In this document: piece by piece, positions 27,206 to 40,202 of the stretch
Layout of the letters: the number at the start of each line of letters is the position of its first letter
Position numbering within the stretch: position 1 is the first letter of the stretch
Source: Octopus sinensis
Lineage: Eukaryota
Reading direction: 5' to 3'
Assembly (NCBI RefSeq): GCF_006345805.1
Contig: NC_043002.1
Coordinates: 7,626,001 to 7,690,000, forward strand
DNA: 64,000 nt
The notes under the pieces: model-generated
What the model was told of the DNA's origin: nothing
The model's input: only the letters and a program-made list of their open reading frames with translations
Databases searched by the model: none
Made by a program: the position numbers and the translations under genes

Positions 27206-27207
<2 letters not shown>
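26671..27207 (+). mobile_element. Chimera: SINE C 5' half + (TA)n + SINE A body and tail 1
   Basis: C head 26671-26840; TA array to 26901; headless A copy 26902-27207. Confidence 0.85.
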
Positions 27208-27259
<52 letters not shown>

Positions 27260-27344
27260 CCCTTTTAACAATTCAATAATAAAAATTAAATTATACCATT
27301 TAGAAAAATTACATCTTATAGAAAGATTAAATAAAAGATAAAGC

Positions 27345-27687
27345 ATGGATTCACTGAAGCTCCGGCGTCTGGCGACGGACTTGGTAAACACCCACAAGGT
27401 TATCAACCACCTCACCAACAACAACACTGAACACCTTTTTGATCTCCATGTGTCTAACACACGTGGACATGCCTACAAAGTCAGAAAACAGCACAGCTCC
27501 CATGACTTTCGGAAACATTTTTTCACGCTCAGGGTTGCTGAAGCGTGGAATAAACTGCCTGCATCAGTTGTTGACTGCCATGACACTGCATCCTTTAAGG
27601 CCCTCATGCTTCCCGAAATCCGTCGAAACTACACCTGATTATATATACACTTTAGATGAGTTGTAGTGCACCTGAGCACTGTACACA

Positions 27688-27745
<58 letters not shown>
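27345..27745 (+). mobile_element. CR1-like LINE 3' end with (ATT)n tail
   Basis: LRRLATDL..TRGHAYKV..KHFFTLRVAEAWNKLP. Confidence 0.9.
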
Positions 27746-27746
<1 letters not shown>

Positions 27747-28142
27747 ACTATGATTAAGTAATGTGCAAAATAATAAATAAATTAAACACGTTTTATTTAT
27801 TATTTTGCACATTATTTAATCTTCTTCTTAATTCTATGTAGACGTTCTAGGATTCTTGGCAAAAATACTTTTGATATTTGTGATGTTACTATATCTCACC
27901 TTCAAGCATTTTCGTTGATGTTCATTTTATATTAGTGATTGCTTGTAAAGCGATTGTGTATCGATTCCAACATCTAAATAGAAAGTGAGGGCGAACGAGA
28001 TCATTTTCCGGGATTTGTTTGTGGATATATGGGTAAGTGGGTTACACACTACACTCGTCGATATTCGTATATGTCTATGTGTAGTGTGTGTGTGTGTGTG
28101 TGTTTGGTGTGTGTAGTAGGCATGTGCGTATGCATATATATA

Positions 28143-28338
28143 TATTTCTTTACTGCCCACAAGGGGCTAAGCACAGAGGGGACAAACAAGGACAGACGAA
28201 GGGATTGAGTAGATTATATCGCCGCCAGTGCGAAACTGGTACTTTATTTATCGACCCCGAAAGGATGAAAGGCAAAGTTGACCTCGGCGGAATTTGAACG
28301 ACAGACGAAATACCGTTAAGCATTTCGCCCGGCGCGCT
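28143..28338 (-). mobile_element. SINE family B
   Basis: Core domain and B1 tail. Confidence 0.88.
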
Positions 28339-28895
28339 ATATATACATAAATAGTACACACGCGGGTGCGTATATGTATATAGATTCATACATACATACA
28401 TGCATGCATGCATGCATGCATACATATATACATACATGCATACATACATACATACATACATACATACATACATACATACATACATACATACATACATACA
28501 TACATACATACATACATACACTTTGTACGTATGTCCCTAAAGAGAGTTGATGTAGAAAATTCTTTTGAAAAAATATCGCGGCAAATCCCTCTATCTGGAT
28601 GCATTTAAACCTTTCACGACTTTCTGACACATATAACAGCCTTCCTGATTATTTGGGGTGGCACATGTTTTTTTTTAAAAATGTAACTATGTTTCCTTTT
28701 AATCAATTATTTATCACAGTTATGTAACTATAGACTTGGTAGTGATTATCTTACTGAAAAAACTATAGAGCACAATTAAAGTACGAACAAGTGAAGTTTG
28801 TCATGCTTTTGATATCTCTGACTGTCACTCACTGCCATTCCGTTTGTTGTTTCAGTTTTGCTCTGTCAGCGAGACTGGAATGTGAAACATTACGT

Positions 28896-28939
<44 letters not shown>

Positions 28940-29032
28940 CTCTGTGTGTGTGCGTGTGCCTCTGTGTGTGTGCGTGTGCCTCTGTGTGTGTGCGTGTGCC
29001 TCTGTGTGTGTGCGTGTGCCTCTGTGTGTGTG
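28940..29032. repeat. 18-bp minisatellite (GTGCCTCTGTGTGTGTGC), about 5 copies
   Basis: Visible tandem units derived from (TG)n. Confidence 0.9.
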
Positions 29033-30084
29033 GTCACTGCATCGACAAGTCTATCAAATGTTTTTATACATCGCTTGTCACAATGCACTTCCAATTCTTT
29101 CTTGGTTCTACCATTCTTTTCCACTTTGGCTCAAATCGTTTAACTAAACCGTCTTCCCACCGTTCTGACGGCCATTCGTATGGTCACTTCCGATCTCTTG
29201 GATATCATTCGGCAACTGCACAGTTCCATTTGTTGTTAGATACACACAACATATACATATACACACATATATAGTGCATATATGTATGTGTAGAGGGCCT
29301 ATTAGTACACGTTTGATCATCGGATAGGCAGCGTTGTAGAAATCGTTTTGGTTCTCAACTTTGAGTTCAAATCCAGTCAAGGTCACCTTTACCTTTCAAA
29401 CATTCGGGTTCAATAAATAAAATACCGATTTTCCCACCCGACTCCCCTCTCTCTGTCTCATTCTCTCTCTCTTTCTTCCTCTCACGTTTTCTCCTTCTTT
29501 ACATATGCTTGCGTGCTAGTAATTCGCTCTTGTTACACTAAAATCTCTTCCCGCTCGCATAAAGGTCCCTGAAGCGCCATGGTGAATTAAATCCTTCTCA
29601 GAATACAAAAGGAAAGAGGATATCAACACAAACAAGTAAAAGAAGTAAAGAAAGAAACATGATTTTAAAGAGAAGTCGAGTGGCAGCGGGAAAAAATGCA
29701 GACTGATCGTATATGACTCTGGTGTTATATATATTTATTTATAAGAGGTACGAAGTCTTCACGGATATTATATTACATAGGCTACCTGACGACTATTATG
29801 TAAAAAGAAAAAGAAAAGGACAATGTAAATGTGTTTAACCTCCGTTTTAGTTGTGTTTCAGTTAGTTATTATATAAACAGATCTAGTTATATGGTGAATT
29901 ATAATGTATGTAGCTGAGTATTCTGCAAATGTTTTTACCCTTAAAAATTCACAGCCGCAATCAGTGTGAAAATAGATGTGCATCAAGGCTATGTGTATTC
30001 ATGCACAAAAATTCGTACTGGGTCGATGGTATTGACTTAGCACTCCCCACAATATCTGCTCGCCTCGAACCTAAATTAGAAATA

Positions 30085-30280
30085 ATCATATTGGCTTCAA
30101 ATTTTGGCACAAGGTCAACAATTTCGGGGAAGGGTTAAGTCGATTACATCGATCCCCAGTGTTCAACTGGTACTTATTTTATCGACTCCGAAACGATGAA
30201 AGGCAAAATCGACCTCTGCAGAATTCGAACTCAGAACTTGTCTGGCGTGCAAACGTTTCTACCAGCTCGCCTCCCTGATT
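30085..30280 (-). mobile_element. Decayed SINE B
   Basis: Core domain recognisable. Confidence 0.75.
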
Positions 30281-31029
30281 AGAAAGAACTACAATGGCAA
30301 AATTGTGCTATGCGCTATTTCTTGCTCTTTATATAGTGAATTCAAATACCATCTAGGTCAACTTAGCCTTTCATTTCTCTGGCATCAATAATATATTAGT
30401 CAAAGCATTTTTGTCCAATGCTCTGAAGATTCGGTCAATCTATCGCCTCTGGTTCCAGTAATTTAGACTGTTTTTTTCATAAACGTAGTGACTACTCCGA
30501 GTATTGTAAGTATTATTAGACTTCCTGTCTTATAGACGGATCAATTTTGCCTACAGTTTTCAGATTTAGTAAAATATGTTCTACGTTAGAAAACCAATGT
30601 GGTGATTCTATTTTCCATTCCCATACAGTCACGGCATCCCGAATTTTACCTGACTATCTTTAGTCAGAGTTTGGAATGTAAAATGTGTGCATTTCTTTCA
30701 ATCACTGAAGGATTGGAAGTAACAATGGTTAAGCATCTTTAAAAATCTGCTTAATATCATTTGAAAATGTAATGAAAGCGTTACCTCTACTGGAAGATAA
30801 ATATGCTGTCACACTCCAGTTATTATAAGGTGAAACTTATGTCAGATGTATTACATAACAGGAAAATAGAAAATCGAACGCGACATTGTGTATTATTTGT
30901 GTGTTGTATGTGAGTGAGTGGGGGGAGGGTATGCGGAAATGAATATTTACTGTTATCATTACTTTTAAATAAGGCAGCAAGCTGCCAGAATCGTTACTGT
31001 GCGGAAAAAATGCTCTTCTCTCCATTCTC

Positions 31030-31668
31030 GCGAACTCATTTCATCCTTTTTGGATAGACTTGACTCTGGTGGCGAAAAATGGATCTTCTATCGAAATGTT
31101 AAACGTCATAAAAGCTCAACCACAACCGAGAAGGGAACTTCATGGAAAAAAGATTCTTCTCTCAATCTGGTGGAATTGCAAAGGAGTAATTCACTTTGAA
31201 TTGTTACCACCTAATGCAACAATCAATGCTCAAGTCTACTGTTAGCAATAGGAGTGTTTGAACCAAGCTTCGAAGAAAAGAAGACCCGCTTTAGTGAATC
31301 GAAAAGGAGTGATGTTTCATCAGGACAATGCGTGACCCCATACTACAAAGATCGCATCACAGAAGATCGAAGAGCTTTGTTGGGAAAAAAATTCTCATCC
31401 ACCATATTCTCCCGACCTTGCTCCTTCAGACTACCATTTGTTTCGTAGTTTACAGAATCATTTGGGGGACATAACTTTCGCAAGCCAAGAGGAGGTCGAA
31501 ACTGACATTTCAGAATTCTTCGCTTTGAAACCAAAAGAGTTTTACATTGATGGGATTAAAACGCTTGTAACTAGAAGGAAGGAAGTCATAGATAACAAAG
31601 GAAAGTACATTGATGATCATTTGTTGTCTTTATTCAAAATTCGGACAGAACTTATGGGATGACCTGAT
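31030..31668 (+). mobile_element. Mariner 3' half (Hsmar1/cecropia-like)
   Basis: EKWIFY; ILLSIWWNCKGVIHFELLP; FHQDNA*PH; SPDLAPSDYHLFRSLQN; TIR-like end CAGAACTTATGGGATGACCTGA-TA. Confidence 0.9.
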
Positions 31669-31754
31669 ATATACCAGGAAATAATGGAATTTAATTTGAT
31701 CGACTTTGCTCTCTGTGCAAACGGCTTCGTGTTTATGCTAGAAATATTATTGGT

Positions 31755-31965
31755 TTCAAATTCTAGCACAAGGCCAGCTATTTCGTGAGAAGAGCTAAGT
31801 CGATTACATTGACTCCAGTGCTCAACTGGTACTTATTTTATCGACACTTCAAAATGGTGAAACAAAGTCAACCTCGACGGAACTTGGACTTAGAACGTAA
31901 AGACGGACAAAACGCCACTAAGCATTTCATTCGGCATGCTAATATTTTTGCCAAATTGCCGCTTT
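31755..31965 (-). mobile_element. Decayed SINE B
   Basis: Core domain recognisable. Confidence 0.7.
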
Positions 31966-32275
31966 ACCTTTGCTAGAAATATTATTAACTGAATCGGTAC
32001 ATCAAACAAAGGAGAATCATGTTTTTATTTAGCAACAACCCTTCCTTAACGTTCTGAGTTCAAATATGAGCAGAATCCGTTTTGCTTTTATCTGCTCTAG
32101 GTGTCCAATGTAGGGAAAACACTTAACGACCATATATTAAATAAAATCATAACACTATGATTATTGATATCTAATTGACGCACTAAGCCACACATTTTAG
32201 GGAGGGACAGTGTATTAAATTTACTTTATTATTTCACAAATCCACTATGTACCAACTACTGATCCACTATATACC

Positions 32276-32690
32276 TATTTCTTTACTACCCACAAGGGGC
32301 TAAACACAGAGGGGATGAACAAGGACAGACAAAGGGATTAAGTCGATTATATCGACTCCAGTGCGTAATTGGTTCTTAATTTATCGACCCCGAGAGGATG
32401 AAAGGCAAAGTCGACCGCGGCAGAATTTGAACTCAGAACGTAACGGCAGACGAAATACCTATTTCTTTATTACCCACAAGGGGCTAAACATAGAGGGGAC
32501 AAACAAAGACAGACATAGGTATTAGGTCGATTACATCTACTCCAGTGCGTAACTGGTACTTAATTTATCGACCCCGAGAGGATGAAAGGCAAAGTCGACC
32601 TCGGCGGAATTTGAACTCAGAACGTAACGGCAGATGAAATACTGCCAAGCATTTCATCCGACGTGCTAACGTTTCTGCCAGCTCGCCGCC
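32276..32690 (-). mobile_element. SINE B head + tandem second unit (dimer)
   Basis: Junction AAAGAAAT|AGGTATTTCG near 32460. Confidence 0.92.
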
Positions 32691-32764
32691 TATATACCAA
32701 CTACTGACGCACTATGTACCAACATTATAGAATTATCCTAAGAGTTGATGGATCTACAGCCTCA

Positions 32765-33725
32765 AATTATATAATACGAGGATGAGTAAAAAATTGTACG
32801 CACTCTTGTGTCTGTAATTTAATTTATTAAAACAAAAACAGGAGTTGAACAATTTCATCATTTTCCGACATAGTCTCCTTGCTTTTCGATGCACTTTTTC
32901 CAGCGGTCCATATCCTGGCTTGTTCCACCGGAGAAGATTTCCGGCTGGTTGCGCAGCCATTTATGCACCGCTTCCTGCGCTTCTTCATCCGTACCAACTC
33001 AACGAGCTTGTAAAGGGTGTTTTGGCAATCCAAAGAGGTAAGAGTCGGAAGGGACGAAATCTGGATTATATGATGACTATTTCAGCAGATCGACACCCAA
33101 TTTTTCAATGGTTTCAATGCTGTGGGTGACCATATGTGGGCATGCATTATCATGAAACAACAACAGTTGATTTGATTACAGACTTCGACGTTTTGTACGA
33201 ATTGATAGTTTCAATTTGTTGGTCAGCATTTCACTGTAGCCTACACTGGTCATTGTAGATCTCTTTTCTTGGCAATGTTCCAGTATATATTTCTTTATTG
33301 CCCACGAGGGGCTAAACATAGAGGGGACAAATAAGAACAGACAAAGGGATTAAGTTGATGACATCGACCCCATTGCGAAACTGGTACTTTATTTATCGAC
33401 CCCGAAAGGATGAAAGGCCTAGTCGACCTCGGCGGAATTTGAACTCAAAACGTAACGACAGACGAAATACCGCTAAGCATTTCGCCCGATGCGCTAACGT
33501 GTCTGCCAGCTCGCCGCCTTAATGTTCCAGTATAGACGTACACCCACCATGGTTAGCATCCCTTTTCTGTGGAAGGTTGAATCTTGAATTTTTCTTTCGC
33601 TGGCGATTCCGCGTGTTTCCACTGCAAGTTCAGCCTTTTGAATTCTGGATCAAATCGATGACCCAGGTCATTTCCCCTGTGACTATTCTCTGCAAAAAAG
33701 TTTCACCTTTTATTGTTGTAGTGTT
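32765..33725 (-). mobile_element. Decayed mariner 3' part split by SINE B
   Basis: FLQRIVTG; FHDNA.PH; NPDFVPSDSYLFG; RWKKCIEKQGDYVGK*. Confidence 0.85.
33288..33520 (-). mobile_element. Full-length SINE B
   Basis: 14-bp perfect TSD aatgttccagtata at 33274-33287 and 33521-33534. Confidence 0.95.
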
Positions 33726-33870
33726 CGAGTAAACGTTGACCGATCTCCACACGATTGCGTTTATAGCCATCGAAAAGCTCACTTGGCACCCATCTCGTAC
33801 ATACTTTACTTGTGTGTGTGTAAATATACACAAGCACATAAGGGTTCTTATGTTTATATATGTATATAGT

Positions 33871-34100
33871 GGCGGCGAGCTGGCAGAAACGTTAGCACGC
33901 CGGGTGAAGTGCTTAGCGGTGTTTCGGCTGCCGCTACATTCTGAGTTCAAATTCCCCTGAGGTCGACATTGCCTTTCATCCTCTCGGGGTCGATAAATTA
34001 AGTACCAGTTACGCACTGGGATCGATGTAATCGACTTAATACGTTTGTCTGTCCTTGTTTGTCCCGTTTATGTTTAGCCCCTTGTGGTCAGTAAAGAAAT
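33871..34100 (+). mobile_element. Full-length SINE B
   Basis: Head GGCGGCGAGCTGGCAGAAACGTTAGC, core and tail. Confidence 0.93.
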
Positions 34101-34688
34101 ATATATATATGTATATAGTTATAATCTCTCCACCCCCCATTTCTTTTTTTCTCTCTCTCTCTCTCACACACACACACAGACACACACACACACAGACGCA
34201 CACAGCCACAAACGCACAGAATAAATGTGCGTTATTCTATTATTGTGTGCTTATTATAGGCACCGAGTGTGTGCGAGCGCATTTGTGTGTATGTGCGCGT
34301 CTCGCTATGTTCATTTTGTATCCAAAGATTGAATTAATTATTCGCTTTCATAGTTTTCAAGAAATTGCCAAAACTATTTACACGTATACAAATGAAGCTT
34401 TCAATAATTACAGGCAAACAAAATTACTTACTTTAATACTTTTATATGCATTTGTGAACAATAGCGTCGTTAATGCCAGGCTACCACCACGTCAGTCACT
34501 GGATCACTGCATATCTGTCACTGAGAAGTGTCAACAAGGCTGTGCCTGTGTAACTTCATTGAAATTGATACCACACTGTATTTTTGTTCAAAAGCAACCG
34601 TGTATCGTTTTCTAGTTGATGAAATATATATATATATATATTATATATATATATATATATATACATACATTATATAATACATACATAT

Positions 34689-34751
<63 letters not shown>

Positions 34752-34775
34752 ATTATATATATATATATACATATA

Positions 34776-34955
34776 CAGGGTGGCCCAAAAGTAGATTTAC
34801 AGTTAGACAAAGGCACTTTAAATTTTTTTAAAAACAGTTTATCACATTTAAATTTCTGTCTTACAATTAACAAAATTAGCATAGGATAATGGTTTCAAAT
34901 ATTTAATGCAAAAGATATAGCTAAATAACTGTAAACCTACTTCTGGGCCACCCTG
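34776..34955. mobile_element. 180-bp Tc1/mariner-type MITE
   Basis: About 29-bp TIRs CAGGGTGGCCCA(A/G)AAGTAG(A/G)TTTACAGTT; TA flanks. Confidence 0.9.
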
Positions 34956-34997
34956 TATAAGTATATGTTAATGTATATGCATATGTATATATATATA

Positions 34998-35184
34998 GGC
35001 GCAGGAGTGACTGTGTGGTAAGTAGCTTGCTTACGAACCACATGGTTCCGGGTTCAGTCCCACTGCGTGGCACCTTGGGCAAGTGTCTTCTACTATAGGC
35101 TCGGGCCGACCAAAGCCTTGTGAGTGGATTTGGTAGACGGAAACTGAAAGAAGCCTGTCGTATATATGTATATATATATATATG

Positions 35185-35237
<53 letters not shown>

Positions 35238-35445
35238 GTATGTATGTGTATATGTTTGTGTGTCTGTGTTTGTCCCCCTAGCATTGCTTGACAACCGATG
35301 CTGGTATGTTTACGTCCCCGTCACCTAGCGGTTCGTCACTTAGAATAAGTCCTGGGGTCGAGTTGCTCGATTAAAGGCGGTGCTCCAGCATGGCCGCAGT
35401 CAAATGACAAACAAGTAAAAGAGTAAAAGAGTAAAAGAGTAGAGT
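34998..35445 (+). mobile_element. SINE family C with internal (TA)n/(TG)n
   Basis: Full head to AAAAGAGT tail. Confidence 0.93.
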
Positions 35446-35972
35446 ATATATATACATATAAAGAGAGAGGAAATAGAGCACGTGGCGATTTGAAATCGGT
35501 CAGGTTGTTGGTGGGGAGAAGCATACCAGTGTGCGCGCACACACGCATGCGCGTGCTTATGCGTACCGGGTATGCGGGTCTACTTCCTTGTCTCATTTTC
35601 TTTGGTAATTCCGTGATCTCCAAGATGAAATACCAAGCACCAAGTAGACTATTGTCAACAGAGCGCCACCATATTCACTCAGTGCCCCCCCAAGTGCCAG
35701 TTCTGCCCCCGCGAAAAACTGCATATCCTCTAACAACTCGCAGTATCCATCAACAAGAAATACGATTCATCGTATAGCTGTCGCCAGAGATATGCCCTTC
35801 TGGCAAATTTCAACCCGGACATACCACCTTAGCACTAGCACCTTAGCACCGCCGGCACCAAGGTCACCGCTACAAACCAACCACGTGAGCTCAGGAGCGC
35901 CATTTGCCAATCACCAACGTTTATCAACTCCAAACGCTTACCAATTCCCATACATATATATAAAGTGTATTT

Positions 35973-36048
<76 letters not shown>

Positions 36049-36098
36049 GTATATATATATATGTACACATATGTATGCGCACGCTCGCATACGCGCAA

Positions 36099-36131
<33 letters not shown>

Positions 36132-36260
36132 CAAAGTTGTTTATCTCTGCCGTTACTCCTAGGTATGTGCTTTTGTTCAGGTGACAAAAATTTGATATTT
36201 TCAGCTTTTTTTCCGCCTGACCGAATGCACACATAACGAAACAGTGCAACTAGTGGTGGA

Positions 36261-36306
<46 letters not shown>

Positions 36307-36461
36307 TAGCTGTATACTGTCAACTTAACGTGACAGTCCCATGAAGGGAATCACACCACTGCTATTTAGCCCTAGGAAGCATCAACGCTTCCTGTCGGCC
36401 TTGACACATTTCTTGTGTCCTTATGTTTACAAGGGGGAGACAAGCACCCCCACCCATCAAA

Positions 36462-36519
36462 GCCTGCACCCAGAGACTAGTTTCTGAGTCTTTCTCGTCA
36501 TCAGTCTGGAGTAGCAGGT
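36462..36519 (-). ncRNA. Minimal type I hammerhead ribozyme (best candidate)
   Basis: ccaga CTGATGA C GAG aaaga CTC A GAAAC TA GTC tctgg; palindromic ACTAGT stem III; GUC triplet. Confidence 0.72.
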
Positions 36520-36619
36520 TTGTAATGAATTAGCAAGAATCTCATTTTTGGTTAGTTCTTTGAACAGCGAGAGGATCTTCCTAAGATCAATCATAGGAAA
36601 ATCTATGATCAGATCATAG

Positions 36620-37280
36620 GAAAATTTGACGTTATTTCAGGCAAATCCAGCTGGTTTCCTTGATGAGTGTTGGGTTCATAACTTTGACCCAGAGATAAAG
36701 AGACAATCCATGAAGTGGAAATACCCCTCCCTCATCAGCTCCTCCCTAAAAGTCAAAATCGTTTCATCCGCAGGGAAGAAGACGGCCTCAGTTTTTGAGG
36801 ATGCAAAAGGTGTTGAGTTTATCGACTATCTTCAAAAGGGCCACACCACCAATGGAGAGTACTATGCCAATTTGCTGAGGTATTTACAAATAGCTATGAA
36901 GATAAAACACCCAGGAAAACTGACATAAGAAGTCTTGTTTCATTAGGATAATGCTCCAGCACATAAGTTCTTTGTTTCAATGTCTGTTGTGGCTTTTTAT
37001 TGGTTAACCAACTTCCTTTTCTCCTGATGTGGCCCCATCTGACTATCATCTGTTCCCCCAACATAAGAAAACCCTAGTTGACTGAGAAGCGGTATCGCAT
37101 TGATGATGACGTAATAACCACTGTTGCTAACTTTTCTACCTGTTGCTTTTATTTTAAGCAACAGGATGAAAGCTTCTTCACCGATGTGGGCCGCACGGGG
37201 ACTATGGTGCAAAACAAAACTCATTTGGTCACATTCCATAAAGTATCTTTGTCAGGCTCTGAACTTTTCAACTGACCATC
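36620..37280 (+). mobile_element. Mariner 3' half, decayed
   Basis: DECWVHNFDPEIKRQSMKWK; YLQKGHTTNGEYYANLL; DNAPAH; SPDVAPSDYHLFP. Confidence 0.88.
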
Positions 37281-37400
37281 GTGTGTATATACACACACAT
37301 ACAGAGATAGATAGATAGATAGATATATAGATAGATATGTACATATATACATACACACACACACGCACACACACATATATACGTACACACACACACACAT

Positions 37401-37440
<40 letters not shown>

Positions 37441-37781
37441 CACACAAACACATAGACACACATTAATATATTGACATGATTAATTTAGAAAGATGACATT
37501 AGAATGACAGCATTGAAAGAATTTACAACTGAAGGACAATGGCTCTAATAACACGTATAAGCCCAACAGCTGTTATCACCATTCAAAGTGATTCATTTCT
37601 ATATTCAAAACATATTCAAGGGTAAGATACATTGGACAGGTGTGTGCAACCTATTAAATAGATATAAGGGATATATATTTCAATGTATGTGTTTCTCTGT
37701 GTGCTTCTTTGCGTAACGCATGCGTACATATGAATGTATATAAATGTGATTTTTGTATATATTTATGCATACATACACTGG

Positions 37782-38682
37782 CTATCTGGTAAGAACCCTA
37801 CGGTTCCAGGTTCCCAATGGTGGTTCCATATTCCCACTGGTGGTGCCTTCGGCAAGTGTCATCTACTACACCCGTGGGCCAACCAAGGCCATATGAATGG
37901 ATTTGGTAGACGGAACCTTGAAGAAGCTGTTTGTTTGTTTGTTGAGCGAAGCGGTCTTCGTCCTGTTTGGGTTTCGTCCCAGAGCTCGCAAGATCGCGCC
38001 TCGTAAGACGCGCAGAAGAGAAAGCAGGTCAACCCACGACACCGAGAGCATCGACGGATGGATGAATGCGTATCTAGGCTCAGCGGTTGCGTAGGAAATC
38101 GGGGACAAGAAACAGGAAGAAAGAGTGAGAGAAAGTTGGAACGAAAGAGTACAACAGGGGTCACCACCAAGCCCTGCCGGAGCCTCATGGAGCTTTAGGT
38201 GTTTTCGCTCAATAAACACACACAACGCCCGGTCTGGGAATCGAAGCTGCGATCCTCCGACCGCGAGTCCGCTGCCCTGGAAGCACTCCGTCGGTTCCGA
38301 CGACGAGGGTTCCGGTTGATCCGAATCAACGGAACAGCCTGCTCGTGAAATTAACGTGTAAGTGGCTGAGCACTCCACAGACACGTGTACCCTTAACGTA
38401 GTTCTCGGGGATATTCAGCGTGACACAGAGAGTGACAAGGCCGGCCCTTTGAAATACAGGTACAACAGAAACAGGAAGTAAGAGTGAGAGAAAGTTGTGG
38501 TGAAAGAGTACAGCAGGGTTCACCACCATCCCCTGCCGGAGCCTCGTGGAGCTTTAGGTGTTTTCGCTCAATAAACACTCACAACGCCCGGTCTGAGAAT
38601 CGAAACCGCGATCCTACGACCGCGAGTCCGCTGCCCTAACCACTGGGCCATTGCGCCTCCACTGAAGAAGCTGTCGTATATA
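37782..38682 (+). mobile_element. SINE C 5' half carrying an antisense SINE A dimer
   Basis: C sequence resumes after the TSD tgaagaagctgt. Confidence 0.8.
37931..38662 (-). mobile_element. SINE A dimer (full tail-1 copy + head-clipped tail-3 copy)
   Basis: Single 12-bp TSD at 37919-37930 and 38663-38674. Confidence 0.9.
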
Positions 38683-38765
38683 TATACGTCTAAAAGATCC
38701 TAACAATTTCGCGCTACGAATTTTCCGCGTGCTATGTTTTTGTTAAATCCTTGAAATTTGGGTGG

Positions 38766-38829
<64 letters not shown>

Positions 38830-38900
38830 TATATATATATATAATTATATTATATTATATATATATATATATATATATTATTATATATATATATATATAT

Positions 38901-39058
38901 CTTTACTCTTTTACTTGTCTCAGTCATTTGACTGTGGCCATGCTCAAGCACCGCCTTTAGTCGAGCAAATCGACCCCAGGACGTAAACACACCAGGGTTG
39001 TCAAGCGATGTTGGGGGGACAACCGCGATCCTACAGAGGACACACATAGTACATACAT

Positions 39059-39133
<75 letters not shown>

Positions 39134-39291
39134 GATATAGATATATACGACGGGCTTCTTTCAGTTTCCGTCTACCAAATCCACCCGAGGCTATAGCAGA
39201 AGACATTTGCCCAAGGTACCACACAGTGGGACTGAACCTGTGACCATGTGGTTGGTAATCAAGCCACTTACCACACAGCCACTCCTACGCC
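38901..39291 (-). mobile_element. SINE family C with internal (TA)n
   Basis: Homologous to 22291-22702. Confidence 0.9.
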
Positions 39292-39350
<59 letters not shown>

Positions 39351-39357
39351 GTATATA

Positions 39358-39440
<83 letters not shown>

Positions 39441-39449
39441 GTATATATA

Positions 39450-39480
<31 letters not shown>

Positions 39481-39577
39481 TATATACATATATATACATA
39501 ATATATATACATACATGTACATAACATACATACATACATACATACGTACATACATGCATAAATACATACATGCATGA

Positions 39578-39615
<38 letters not shown>

Positions 39616-39623
<8 letters not shown>

Positions 39624-39737
39624 ACCACGTGACCGACCAGTCCATCAGATGTAGTTACACATCGCTGGTCACAATGCGTTCGCATTGATTAGGCCTTCGA
39701 ATGATGCCACCCCGGTGGCTAAGCGAGCAGGCCAATA
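39616..39737 (-). mobile_element. Tail-only SINE A type 2
   Basis: Matches 3520-3638. Confidence 0.85.
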
Positions 39738-39777
39738 TATATATATATATACATAAACACACGTGTGTATGTATATG

Positions 39778-39819
<42 letters not shown>

Positions 39820-40202
39820 ATGAAAATCACATGTGGTCAGACCTGGAGACAGAGTGGCCACACCAGGTTGAAAAATGCTTAATGCTAGCCGCGTGTTACG
39901 ACATTAGCCCAACGCTGCCACCAGGTGTTGATGAGCAAAACAAAACATTATACATACTAACTACGCTATGAACGCACCCATATTCAATCGTCAACAAGAA
40001 ATGGGGCGAAACAATTGGAACAACAAAAGGCCGATAAGAGATCACTCTCCAACCATGACCTAAACATGGTTTTTTGTATGAATTTTGCCGAAAGCACTCC
40101 ATCAAAATAAAACAGTTGCATTTGTTTTAATAGCACACGTAAACTTCTACGACCCATTTTTCGTATGATGAATCGAATAGCCATGATACACATAGTACTT
40201 TG

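Noticed and set aside
32246-32720. 30-bp TSD around the SINE B dimer
   Set aside because: The site is itself an approx. 23-bp tandem repeat, so the true TSD may be only TATATACC.
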